The position numbers were made by a program, and so were the translations under genes. This document shows, in pieces, positions 1 through 9,245 of a stretch of DNA of 64,000 nucleotides (its first letter is position 1; every line of letters starts with the position of its first letter). The notes under the pieces are model-generated. The model was given only the letters and a program-made list of their open reading frames with translations. It searched no databases and was not told the DNA's origin. The stretch covers positions 1 through 64,000 of the IMG/VR virus record IMGVR_UViG_3300017917_001336; one strand, 5' to 3'. The DNA comes from a virus.

Positions 1-30
1 TAAGCAAACTCCAATAACAAGGAGAATCAC

Positions 31-1128
31 ATGTTGGATGCACTAAAAACGTTATTTGAAAACAATGTGATTTCTGAAGAGATCAAAGAGTCTATTGAGG
101 CAGCGTTCGCAGCTAAGATCAACGAAGCTAAAGAACAAGCTACTCAACAATTACGCGAAGAGTTTGCTCAAAAATATGAGCACGACAAGCAAACAATGAT
201 TGAAGCTGTTGACCGTATGGTTACTGATCAATTATCAACTGAGCTTGTTGAATTTGCCGACGATCGTAAGCAACTATCCGAAATGAAAGTCAAGTATGCT
301 AAGAAGATGCAAGCAGATAGCAAAATGATGAAGGAATTCGTTTCTCGTCAACTAGCTGCCGAAGTCAAAGAGCTACATGAAGATCAAGTAGTTATGGCTG
401 ACAAGTTTGGTAAATTAGAACAATTCGTAGTAGAGGCTCTGGCTCAAGAAATTACAGAGTTTTACAAAGATAAACAAGACTTGGCTGAAACCAAGGTACG
501 TTTAGTCCGTGAAGGACGTGAACAACTCAAGCAAGTAAAGGCACAGTTTGTACAACGTGCTGCTAAGATGGTTGAAGGTGTAGTTAACCAGAATCTACGT
601 TCTGAATTAACTTCATTGAAAGAAGACATTGAAGCTGCTCGTCGCGCAGATTTTGGCCGCAAGTTATTTGAAGCTTTTGCTTCAGAGTACCAATCAAGTT
701 ACTTGAATGAGAGATCAGAAACTGCAAAATTACTCAAGGTCATAGACATGAAGGAATTAGCTGTACAAGAGGCTGCACAAGCCGCTGAAGCAGCAAAAGC
801 TCTAGTAGAAAGTAAAGAAGCAGAAATTGCGACTTTGAAAGAAGCGCAAGAACGTAAAGAAATCATGAGTGAGTTACTTGCTCCGTTAAACTCGGAACAA
901 CGTGAAATCATGGGTGAGTTAATGGAGAGTGTGAAAACTTCAAAGCTAAATGAAAGTTTTGAAAAGTATCTCCCAGCTGTAATCGCTGGCAAAGCTCCGC
1001 AGAAGAAACAGGCACTTGTAGAGGCTAAAGAAATTACCGGAAATAAAGAAATTTCCAACAGCAATCGTAGCAGCGAGAACGACAATAACATTATTGACAT
1101 TCGTCGCCTTGCTGGACTAAAAATTTAA
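31..1128 (+). CDS. Prohead core scaffolding protein (T4 gp22-like)
   Basis: Glu/Lys/Ala-rich coiled-coil protein directly upstream of the major capsid gene; SD AAGGAG; several L-x-E motifs of the type cut by T4-like prohead protease; C-terminal IRRLAG. Confidence 0.85.
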   Translation: MLDALKTLFENNVISEEIKESIEAAFAAKINEAKEQATQQLREEFAQKYEHDKQTMIEAVDRMVTDQLSTELVEFADDRKQLSEMKVKYAKKMQADSKMMKEFVSRQLAAEVKELHEDQVVMADKFGKLEQFVVEALAQEITEFYKDKQDLAETKVRLVREGREQLKQVKAQFVQRAAKMVEGVVNQNLRSELTSLKEDIEAARRADFGRKLFEAFASEYQSSYLNERSETAKLLKVIDMKELAVQEAAQAAEAAKALVESKEAEIATLKEAQERKEIMSELLAPLNSEQREIMGELMESVKTSKLNESFEKYLPAVIAGKAPQKKQALVEAKEITGNKEISNSNRSSENDNNIIDIRRLAGLKI

Positions 1129-1140
1129 GGAGAAATTTAA

Positions 1141-2301
1141 ATGTCAGAACTACTAAATGGCCGTTGGGCAGAGACTAAAGAAGCTCTTTTAGAAGGCCTA
1201 CAAGGCACTAAAAAATCTGTAATGGGCGTTACATTAGAAAACACACGTAAGTATCTAATGGAATCACCAACAGCAGGTGCCACTTCTGCCGGCAACGTCG
1301 CAACATTAAACCGCGTGATTCTTCCAGTAATCCGTCGTGTTATGCCAACAGTTATCGCTAACGAGTTGGTAGGTGTACAACCAATGACTGGTCCAGTGGG
1401 TCAGATCCATACTCTACGTGTTCGTTACGCTGATAGCGGAACTGGCGTAGTAGCTGGTGAAGAGGCACTAAGCCCATTCAAGATCGCTGAAGCTTATTCA
1501 GGTAATGATTCAGCTACAGCAAAAGCAGCTTCTACAGCAACTCTTGAAGGTGCTGCTGGTAAGCGTATGTCAATTCAAATCTTGAAACAAACTGTCGAGG
1601 CTAAAACTCGTAAGTTAAGCGCAAGATGGACATTCGAAGCCGCTCAAGACGCACAAGCTCAGCAAGGTATTGATATCGAAGCTGAAGTTATGGCTGCTTT
1701 AGCACAAGAAATCACAGCTGAAATTGACCAAGAAATTCTAGCTTCTTTAGCTAGTTTAGCTGGTACAGCAGTTGAAAGCTATGACCAAAACGCAGTTAGC
1801 GGTACAGCTACATTCGTTGGTGATGAACACGCAGCTCTTGCAGTTCAAATCAACCGTGTTGCTAACTTGATCGCTCAGCGTACACGTCGTGGTGCAGGTA
1901 ACTGGGCAGTTGTTTCGCCATTCGCGTTAACAATTCTTCAGTCTGCAACAACTTCAGCTTTTGCACGTACTACAGAAGGTACATTTGAAGCACCTACAAA
2001 CACCAAGTTTGTTGGTACATTAAACAACGCAATGAAAGTTTACGTTAACACATACGCAACTGACAGCACAGACGTGTTGATTGGTTACAAAGGTGCTAGC
2101 GAATCTGACGCTGCAGCATTCTATTGCCCATACATTCCATTGATGAGCAGTGGTGTTGTGTTAGATCCATCAACTTTCGAACCAGTCGTATCATTCATGA
2201 CACGTTATGGTTATGTTGAGTTGAGCAATACTGCTTCTTCTCTAGGTAACGCAGCTGACTACCTAGGTCGTGTAAGCATTAGCAACGTTTCTTTCAAGTA
2301 A
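1141..2301 (+). CDS. gp23: Major capsid protein (T4 gp23 family)
   Basis: Hallmark motifs VIRRVMP...VGVQPMTGPVGQI, VEAKTRKLSARWTFEAAQD, EITAEIDQEI, AFYCPYIPL, FMTRYG; SD AAGGAG. Confidence 0.97.
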   Translation: MSELLNGRWAETKEALLEGLQGTKKSVMGVTLENTRKYLMESPTAGATSAGNVATLNRVILPVIRRVMPTVIANELVGVQPMTGPVGQIHTLRVRYADSGTGVVAGEEALSPFKIAEAYSGNDSATAKAASTATLEGAAGKRMSIQILKQTVEAKTRKLSARWTFEAAQDAQAQQGIDIEAEVMAALAQEITAEIDQEILASLASLAGTAVESYDQNAVSGTATFVGDEHAALAVQINRVANLIAQRTRRGAGNWAVVSPFALTILQSATTSAFARTTEGTFEAPTNTKFVGTLNNAMKVYVNTYATDSTDVLIGYKGASESDAAAFYCPYIPLMSSGVVLDPSTFEPVVSFMTRYGYVELSNTASSLGNAADYLGRVSISNVSFK

Positions 2302-2326
2302 TTCGTTACTTAAAGTTAACCAAATT

Positions 2327-2350
2327 AAAGGGCTCTTTGGAGCCCTTTCT
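2327..2350 (+). terminator. Rho-independent terminator after the major capsid gene
   Basis: AAAGGGCTC-TTTG-GAGCCCTTT hairpin followed by a pyrimidine-rich tail. Confidence 0.8.
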
Positions 2351-2359
2351 CTTGAATGG

Positions 2360-2366
2360 CTAAATA
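2360..2366 (+). promoter_or_regulatory. Late-promoter-like motif CTAAATA
   Basis: Resembles the T4 gp55 late promoter TATAAATA; the same motif recurs in most intergenic gaps of the window. Confidence 0.65.
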
Positions 2367-2370
2367 CAAT

Positions 2371-2457
2371 GTCATGCTCAATAATGAGTTTATGCAGAAT
2401 CCCTCTGCGTATGACCTAGAACGTCACTTTAAGGAGAAAACAAATGGGACGTCCATT
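2371..2457 (+). promoter_or_regulatory. Structured 5' leader (candidate cis-regulatory RNA)
   Basis: Hairpins GCTCA-ATAA-TGAGT and TATGCAGA-ATCCC-TCTGCGTA; TGAC 2412-2415 can pair with GTCA at 2371 or at 2423; hairpin AATGG/CCATT covers the start codon. Confidence 0.5.
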
Positions 2458-3451
2458 AAACAAAAAATATTTTGGTAACCGTAATATCGGTTCATCAAGC
2501 ACAACTGCCGATAATGGTATCGGCGGTGAAGGTCTAGCAAGTATTAGCAATCCAGCTGGCGGAGTTGGTAGTTTTGTTGTTAGCAACACATATAAAAACT
2601 TTCCACTATTAAACATTGGCGCTCCTAATTTACCAGGCGGCGTACAAGCTACTGCTGATGTTGTATTTGAAATTGATACAGTAACATACGCATCAGGCGG
2701 GCAAACAAACGCCGATTACGTAGCAGGTCTTTCAACTAGCATCACTGGATTAGGTGGTGGCGCAGTTGTTCGCATTGTTGAAACAGCTAGCAAAGTTACA
2801 TCAGTTGACTTAGTTGGTGGCGATCGTGGCGAGTTCCGTCGCGGTGATGCATTTGACGGTACTGGTATTACAACATTCCAAGTTTTACAAGCACCGAATC
2901 CTGGTACAGATTTACAAATTAACATTACATTCCGTGTTAAGAGTATTACTATTGTTGAAAAAGGATCTGGATACACAACAGCTCCTGCTTTATCATGGAG
3001 TGGTCACACATTTACCGGACAAACAAGTCCAAGTTTAAATGCTGTAACTCTAACTACTGATAGCGGCTCAGCAGGTAGTTCAACAAATCAAGAAAACGCT
3101 ATCATTTGTACAGCATTTATTCCAGCAGCTAATGGCGGAACACAAGCATTAACAGGCGATATTGTTAAGCAAACTAACGATCGTCGTTACAAAGTTAAAA
3201 CATCAGAAGGCACAGGTATTTGCCAATTGGTCACTGATGGTGTTGCTAACGCTGCAGGTGAAATTTCTATCAAAGCTACTGACAGCGATGGCGGAAACTA
3301 TCTAGTTGCTAAGTTAACAAGTCGTAAAGCAGTATTAGTTCCATCGGCATTAGGTGGCTCAGCTGGTACACAATTTGCTAGCGGTACAAGTGTTCCTTGG
3401 ACATTTGGTTCAGCAGTTGAAGATTACAGCGTAACTATTGAAAACGCTTAA
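2444..3451 (+). CDS. Putative virion structural protein following the capsid gene
   Basis: 335 aa, Gly/Thr/Ser-rich, beta-type repeat ITIVEKGSGYTTAP, strong SD AAGGAG, own late-type promoter. Confidence 0.7.
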   Translation: MGRPLNKKYFGNRNIGSSSTTADNGIGGEGLASISNPAGGVGSFVVSNTYKNFPLLNIGAPNLPGGVQATADVVFEIDTVTYASGGQTNADYVAGLSTSITGLGGGAVVRIVETASKVTSVDLVGGDRGEFRRGDAFDGTGITTFQVLQAPNPGTDLQINITFRVKSITIVEKGSGYTTAPALSWSGHTFTGQTSPSLNAVTLTTDSGSAGSSTNQENAIICTAFIPAANGGTQALTGDIVKQTNDRRYKVKTSEGTGICQLVTDGVANAAGEISIKATDSDGGNYLVAKLTSRKAVLVPSALGGSAGTQFASGTSVPWTFGSAVEDYSVTIENA

Positions 3452-3458
3452 TTAATAT

Positions 3459-3477
3459 AGGGGACTTCGGTCCCCTC
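3459..3477 (+). terminator. Stable cUUCGg hairpin (weak terminator or mRNA-stabilising stem)
   Basis: AGGGGAC-TTCG-GTCCCCT; no U-tract follows, only the RBS of the next gene. Confidence 0.6.
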
Positions 3478-3489
3478 TAAGGATAACAC

Positions 3490-4425
3490 ATGTCAAAGAT
3501 AGTAAAAGTTAGCGAAAGTGATTACAGATTAATTGTTAAACCAACTGGCACAATTACCTTAGATACAGGAGTTGAAGTTGGTACAGTTCGCATCACTGGC
3601 AATTTAGTAGTCGAAGGAACACAAACTACCGTTAACACAACTAACTTAGACATTGAAGATAATATTGTTCGTTTAAATAAAAACGAAACAGGAGCTGGAA
3701 TATCATTAGGCTTCTCAGGTTTAGAAATTGAACGTGGCACGCAAGCTAACGCTCAACTAGTGTATAAAGAAAGCACCGATAAATGGATTTTTCAGTACGA
3801 TGACAACAATTTAACTGGTATTACAGTTGGATCAGTTGGTACAAATCCAGGCAGTAATTTGTTGCTAGATATGCAAAACGGTAGCGGTACTGTTAGAATT
3901 ACTAACTCAACTAACTACGAATCTCGTGTAACAAACGATAACGACATTCCAACTAAAAAGTATTTAGACAATTATGTGTCTGCAGGCTTAGTAGTAACTG
4001 GGCAAGCTGACGTTGACAGAATTTATAAGGGTGCAGGCTTCCCAGTATCCATCCAAACTGAAATTATTGCAGATTTAAGTAAGTTACAATTTTTAATAAG
4101 ATCAGGCGGAACGTTAAATCAACGAGCACAAATAACTAGTATTGGTTTAGATGTTGACGAAGTTAACTTATATGGTAATACTGTTCAAAGTACAAGTATT
4201 GCTAATAACTTAAGACTATACGCAACAAATACTCACATTGAAGTTGATGGAGTTTTAAACTTAAAAAATCAAGGTTCTGCACCAACAGGTACCGGCGGTA
4301 CAAACAGAGTGTACTCGCAATCAACCATGGGTCCTGGTAAGAGCGGATTATTTTTTGTAAATAGCACACTATCAGATGAGCTGGTAGCTAAAAATAGAGC
4401 ATTACTGTTTAGTATGTTATTTTAA
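3490..4425 (+). CDS. Fibre-like structural protein
   Basis: Shaft motif ITGNLVVEGTQTTVNTTNLDIEDNIVRLN, also present in 53601; hydrophobic C-terminal helix RALLFSMLF. Confidence 0.7.
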   Translation: MSKIVKVSESDYRLIVKPTGTITLDTGVEVGTVRITGNLVVEGTQTTVNTTNLDIEDNIVRLNKNETGAGISLGFSGLEIERGTQANAQLVYKESTDKWIFQYDDNNLTGITVGSVGTNPGSNLLLDMQNGSGTVRITNSTNYESRVTNDNDIPTKKYLDNYVSAGLVVTGQADVDRIYKGAGFPVSIQTEIIADLSKLQFLIRSGGTLNQRAQITSIGLDVDEVNLYGNTVQSTSIANNLRLYATNTHIEVDGVLNLKNQGSAPTGTGGTNRVYSQSTMGPGKSGLFFVNSTLSDELVAKNRALLFSMLF

Positions 4426-4434
4426 GGATAGAAT

Positions 4435-4782
4435 ATGGCAATAGCAAATTATGAAGTAACTACAACAGCAGCTGCAGCATACACAAGCAGTGGTGCAAAA
4501 GCAATCACAAGCATTATTGTTTGTAACAAAGCAATATATAACCCAAGCAACCCTACAGCAGGATTAACTAATTTATATTTGTATGCTGTTCCAGCTGCAG
4601 ATGTTGCGGGCGGCGTATTAGACAAACATTTAATTGTTAACGGTTTACCTATTCCAGCAGGAGAAACAGTAAGTCTTGATCAAGAAAAGTTAGTGTTAGA
4701 CAACGGAGATGCACTTTTTGCTAAATCAGAAAATGCGCTAACTGCAAATTTAGTAATGACTGTAAGTACATTGGCTGTGTAA
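4435..4782 (+). CDS. Small beta-rich structural/adaptor protein (paralog of 14066 and 34254)
   Basis: 115 aa; IPAGETVSLDQEKLVLDNGD matches VPPNQSLRVINGGEKLVLAGD of 14066. Confidence 0.65.
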   Translation: MAIANYEVTTTAAAAYTSSGAKAITSIIVCNKAIYNPSNPTAGLTNLYLYAVPAADVAGGVLDKHLIVNGLPIPAGETVSLDQEKLVLDNGDALFAKSENALTANLVMTVSTLAV

Positions 4783-4783
4783 T

Positions 4784-5326
4784 ATGAGATATTTAAGACA
4801 ACAAAACATCAATCGTAGAGCACCATACGATCAACGTTTGTATGTTGATATGACAAACAGTATTGTCATGACTACAACAAACAATATGTTAATGCCTGTT
4901 GGAACAACTGTTCAACGTCCGGTTAGTCCTGTTGACGGAATGATTCGTTACAACTCAGATATTACAACAGGCGGTGAAGTTGAAGTGTTTCAAAACGGGA
5001 TATGGCGCAGCTTACGATTTAAAGAATCAACACAAATTACAAAACAATCATTTACCGGTGACGGAGTAACTAGTGTCTTTGGGCCGTTAAGCCCACAACC
5101 TCCAACAGTAATACAAAGTGGAGCTACTTGGTCTGGAGACAATTTAATAGTTATTGTTGGCGGCGTTTATCAAGTTTATAATACAAACTACTTAATTGAG
5201 CAAGGTACAGCACTAGGCGCACCATACGATACCGGGCCAGATGCGTCAAAATTCTACATCCATTTTACATCAGCATCCCCAGGAGGCACAACCCCAATAA
5301 CTATTTTAAGCGGGTTTGATCAGTAA
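4784..5326 (+). CDS. Structural protein carrying a PxGTTxQRP...GMIRYN module
   Basis: PVGTTVQRPVSPVDGMIRYNSD and FTGDGVTSVF...IVIVGGVYQ modules typical of T4-like virion proteins. Confidence 0.65.
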   Translation: MRYLRQQNINRRAPYDQRLYVDMTNSIVMTTTNNMLMPVGTTVQRPVSPVDGMIRYNSDITTGGEVEVFQNGIWRSLRFKESTQITKQSFTGDGVTSVFGPLSPQPPTVIQSGATWSGDNLIVIVGGVYQVYNTNYLIEQGTALGAPYDTGPDASKFYIHFTSASPGGTTPITILSGFDQ

Positions 5327-5340
5327 TATCAGGAGGCAGT

Positions 5341-8300
5341 ATGCCAGTACCTTTAGAAAACGCAGTAGCATTAGGTAGAATTGGCGGTCCTCTTCTTGCT
5401 GAAAATTTAATTAGAAAAAATACTGGGCTAGGTGAAGAAAACCTAGCATTTCACAATACTAGTGACACTGATAACATTTTATATCTTAATGTTATAGATG
5501 GCAAGATTGGTATAAACACAGATAATCCACAAGCTGAGTTAGAAGTTGCATCAAGCATACGTTCAACAGACTATCTAACATCATCGGCATCCATTGCAAA
5601 GTTTTCTATTAGTACCAATAGAATTATAAATCCGTTTGCGGGTGTTAATGGAAAAATATTCATTTCTCCTAATCAATTATTAGATCCTACAATTCAGGGT
5701 CCTCGCTTTGAAACATTGAATTTAGGTTTAGACGATAAGTTAATTGAAAATTTTACTCTCAATAGTGACATTAATTTAAACCCAAACGGTACAGGCCAAG
5801 TTTATATTACAACGTCTGAGCTAGTAGTAAACGGTGATTTAACAGTAACAGGCAAGGCAACATGGGATGGTAACTTAGTTACTATTGGTAATAGCGATTC
5901 AGACAATGTTGTGTTTAACGCTGATGTTAACAGTAACATTATTCCCGATGACAATGAAACGTGGACTTTAGGTTCTGCACAACAAAGTTGGAATAATTTA
6001 TATGTTAAGAATCTTATTGCAAACGACATAACTGCAAACAGTTCTTATATTGCAAACAGCATTGATCTTTTACTTGAACAAGGTAAAACTATATACGTTT
6101 CTGTAAACGGTAGTGATACTTCTGCAGGAACACATGAACACGGTACATATCGTACAATTAAACATGCACTAAGTCAAGCAACATCTGGAGACTCTGTAGT
6201 TATATTTCCAGGAGTATATGAAGAAGAATTTCCGTTAACTGTTCTATCCGGCGTTAGTGTTAACGGCGCAGGCATTAGATCAGTAACTGTTGTACCAACA
6301 TTGGCAACTAACACAAATAATGCATTTTTGCTTAACGGTGATACAACTGTTAGCAATTTAACAGTTAAAGATTTTTATCAGGGATATGCGTTTAGTTTTG
6401 TTACAAGTTTTACAGTACTAAACAGAAGCCCATATGTTCAAAACATTACAGTTATAACTTCAGGACCAAATGCAGGTAACGGTGCATTTATTGATGGTAG
6501 TTTAGCAAACAATTCTAGTAAAGAAGCAAGTATGTTGTTTCATAGTGTAACTATGATTATACCCGATGCAATTGGTATACATGCAACAAATGGTGCTCGA
6601 GTTGAATGGTTAAATTCATTTACCTACTATGCTAATAAGGGAATTTACCTAACACAAGGAAGTTCAGGCTTTGCAGGTTTAGGTTTAAAATTTGGTGCTG
6701 AATTACGCAGTATTGGATCTGCAAACGTATATGGTGTATACGGTGCAGTTGCAGACGGTGCTAGCACACTAGCTTACTTAATTGGACACAATTTTGCATA
6801 CATTGGTACTGGCCTTGACTCAACTAATGATCCTAAACTAGTAATACAAGCAAATGAAGTAGTAGAACAAAACAACGGTCATATCTATTATGAAAGTGTC
6901 GATCACCGTGGCGATATGCGTATTGGTGACATATTTTATATTAATCAAGAAACAGGCGCCGTAGTTTTTGATGCACAAGCTATTAACTTTTCTGCAGGCG
7001 GGTACATTGCACTAGAGAGTCCGACTAGCTCAGTGTATATAGACGCAACACAAGTTAACGTTGGAAATATCAATATACACGATAACAATATTGATAGTTT
7101 AATTGGTCCAGTTAATTTTGCCGCATCGTCTGGAAAAATATATCTTAATACTGATATAACAGTTACTGGTAACTTAGATATAACTGGATCTATTACAGTT
7201 AGCGGAAATGTTTTCTTAGGTGACAATTCGTTAGATACTATCCAAATATTTCCAAAAATTAGTCAAAACTTAGAACCAGACGTTACAAACACATATTCTT
7301 TAGGGTTAGGGGGAGTAACACCAAAAACTTGGCGTACTTTATACCTAGCGGATAGTTTAAATGTTGATAACGTTCTAGAACTAAAAAATAACACCATTTC
7401 AACTCTTACAACAAACACTAATTTAGAATTAAAAGCTGCTGGCACAGGTATTATTAATGTCACTACAACTGATGTAGAAATTACTAATAATTTAACTGTT
7501 AATGGCCTAGCTGAAGATTCTAATTTTGCAGATATTGGAATTACTGGATTATTAGATATAACAGGAGCGTGGGGTCAAACAGGCAATGCGCTCCGTGACG
7601 GATATACAGATATTTCAGGATGGTTAAAAGTTAATGGGCCAAATGTTGTACAATTTGAAGACATACAAATATCTAATAATACTATTACAACTACAGTTGG
7701 GAATAATGATTTAGAACTTTCTGCAAGCGGGTTAGGTATTGTTAAAACTATCCTGAGCGACGTAGAAATTACTAATAATTTAGATGTTTACGGTGACGGA
7801 TTTTTTAATTCTTTAGAAATATTAAACGGCATTCAAGTAACAGATGTTAATATTGACGACATTTATATTGTTGGCAATTCTATTACTACTACTGTACTTG
7901 ATGAAGATTTAATATTGTCAGCGAACGGCACCGGAGTTATAAAAGTAACAAATACTGACGTAGATATTCCAAATAACTTAACAATAGGAAACAATCTAAC
8001 AGTTAACGGTGATTCGTCATTCCAATTTTTAGAAATTGATGGCACAACTACGCTAGTTGGTAATGTTGATCAAACTGGTAATATGTATGTTACTGGAAAT
8101 TACCAAGGCGGCAATATTGTTGTGTTGCCTCCTAGCTGGGCAGAATCAGCACAAATAAAATTACAAGGTAGTTCAATTAGTGTAAAGCCAACTAATACTG
8201 ATTTAGAATTACTTGCTAACGGAACTGGTGGTGTTATTTTTGATAGACAGCTTAAAATTACCGCCAACAAAATCAGCAATATTTTTGATGTCAATGACAT

Positions 8301-9108
8301 TACATTATCGTTTAATAACATTTTAACAACTGAAGACGGACAAATTTTAATACTTGAAGACGAAACTGATTCATTGCTTGCAGATACTAAAATTGACGGC
8401 GACTTGTCAATTATATTTGAGCCAAACGGGATAGGTAATGTAATTATTAATTCAACTAAGGCGCTAGCAATAGCAGTTGGTACTGCTGTACTAGAAAGAG
8501 TTGGTGAAATTAGACAAAATACTGATGGGGTTTACGAAGGATACTCAAATAACAGTAATGTTAGTTTTACTGGAATTTATGACACAGATCATAACACTTA
8601 CATAACAGCAGAACTAACACCTGGTGCAAACGATAACACTATAAGAATGTTTGTAAACAACAGTTTAAAATCTTACATTGATACAAATAAACTTTACAAT
8701 AATGTTTTACACGTTGATAGTGTTAGCATTACAAATAATACTATTACTAATTTAAACAACGCTAACGATTTAAGATTTGTAACATCGGGTACTGGTGTAA
8801 CTAGTTTTAACGGAGTATATTTTAAAGATAACAGCATTAGTAATTCTCTTAATACTGCCCTAACTATCACAAGTACAGGAACTGGTTATGTTAAATTTGC
8901 TGGTACTAACGGAGTTGTAATTCCTGTAGGTGCAGATGTTGACAGACGCCTTGTTCCAGAAATTGGTGAAACCAGGTACAATACAGATAGAGACTATGTT
9001 GAGATTTTTGACGGTACATCATGGTTACCTGTAAACGGTGGCGGCAACGCAGCAACCGAAGAAGAGATCCAAGCAGAAACCAACCTTTGGGCGTTCATCT
9101 TAGGGTAA
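5341..9108 (+). CDS. Large fibre/appendage protein with a beta-helix (pectin-lyase-like) region; paralog of 9246
   Basis: 1255 aa; IYVSVNGSD...TIKHAL...IFPGVYEE beta-helix start; repeats of NTISTxxxNxDLELxAxGTG; RVEWLNSFTYYANKG identical in 9246. Confidence 0.75.
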   Translation: MPVPLENAVALGRIGGPLLAENLIRKNTGLGEENLAFHNTSDTDNILYLNVIDGKIGINTDNPQAELEVASSIRSTDYLTSSASIAKFSISTNRIINPFAGVNGKIFISPNQLLDPTIQGPRFETLNLGLDDKLIENFTLNSDINLNPNGTGQVYITTSELVVNGDLTVTGKATWDGNLVTIGNSDSDNVVFNADVNSNIIPDDNETWTLGSAQQSWNNLYVKNLIANDITANSSYIANSIDLLLEQGKTIYVSVNGSDTSAGTHEHGTYRTIKHALSQATSGDSVVIFPGVYEEEFPLTVLSGVSVNGAGIRSVTVVPTLATNTNNAFLLNGDTTVSNLTVKDFYQGYAFSFVTSFTVLNRSPYVQNITVITSGPNAGNGAFIDGSLANNSSKEASMLFHSVTMIIPDAIGIHATNGARVEWLNSFTYYANKGIYLTQGSSGFAGLGLKFGAELRSIGSANVYGVYGAVADGASTLAYLIGHNFAYIGTGLDSTNDPKLVIQANEVVEQNNGHIYYESVDHRGDMRIGDIFYINQETGAVVFDAQAINFSAGGYIALESPTSSVYIDATQVNVGNINIHDNNIDSLIGPVNFAASSGKIYLNTDITVTGNLDITGSITVSGNVFLGDNSLDTIQIFPKISQNLEPDVTNTYSLGLGGVTPKTWRTLYLADSLNVDNVLELKNNTISTLTTNTNLELKAAGTGIINVTTTDVEITNNLTVNGLAEDSNFADIGITGLLDITGAWGQTGNALRDGYTDISGWLKVNGPNVVQFEDIQISNNTITTTVGNNDLELSASGLGIVKTILSDVEITNNLDVYGDGFFNSLEILNGIQVTDVNIDDIYIVGNSITTTVLDEDLILSANGTGVIKVTNTDVDIPNNLTIGNNLTVNGDSSFQFLEIDGTTTLVGNVDQTGNMYVTGNYQGGNIVVLPPSWAESAQIKLQGSSISVKPTNTDLELLANGTGGVIFDRQLKITANKISNIFDVNDITLSFNNILTTEDGQILILEDETDSLLADTKIDGDLSIIFEPNGIGNVIINSTKALAIAVGTAVLERVGEIRQNTDGVYEGYSNNSNVSFTGIYDTDHNTYITAELTPGANDNTIRMFVNNSLKSYIDTNKLYNNVLHVDSVSITNNTITNLNNANDLRFVTSGTGVTSFNGVYFKDNSISNSLNTALTITSTGTGYVKFAGTNGVVIPVGADVDRRLVPEIGETRYNTDRDYVEIFDGTSWLPVNGGGNAATEEEIQAETNLWAFILG

Positions 9109-9121
9109 AAATCCAAATCAG

Positions 9122-9128
9122 CTAAATA
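9122..9128 (+). promoter_or_regulatory. Late-promoter-like motif CTAAATA
   Basis: Intergenic, immediately upstream of a structured leader. Confidence 0.65.
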
Positions 9129-9135
9129 CTATTAC

Positions 9136-9231
9136 TGTAAAGACCCGACCAAGGTTTTTACGATATTAACCTGTGGTAAACCAGCATAGAGCCGAAAGGC
9201 TGAAAATTTGGTTAACGGTGAAACACCGGGT
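9136..9231 (+). ncRNA. Multi-stem structured leader RNA (unassigned family)
   Basis: Five stems: 9136-9145/9153-9162; TTAACC/GGTTAA closing TGG-TAAA-CCA and AGCC-GAAA-GGCT; CGGTG-AAA-CACCG; possible alternative or pseudoknot pairings. Confidence 0.6.
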
Positions 9232-9245
9232 ATTGAGGAGAGCTG

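Noticed and set aside
1-17. Probable 3' end of the upstream prohead protease gene (...SKLQ-stop)
   Set aside because: Only a few codons are visible, which is not enough to support a call.
9172-9215. Resemblance of GGTAAACC...GAAA to a c-di-GMP-I (GEMM) riboswitch, or of CTGA...GAAA to a hammerhead ribozyme
   Set aside because: The GEMM GACGCAAAGC-type junction and second stem are missing, and the hammerhead CUGANGA core is not matched. It is kept only as an unassigned structured RNA.
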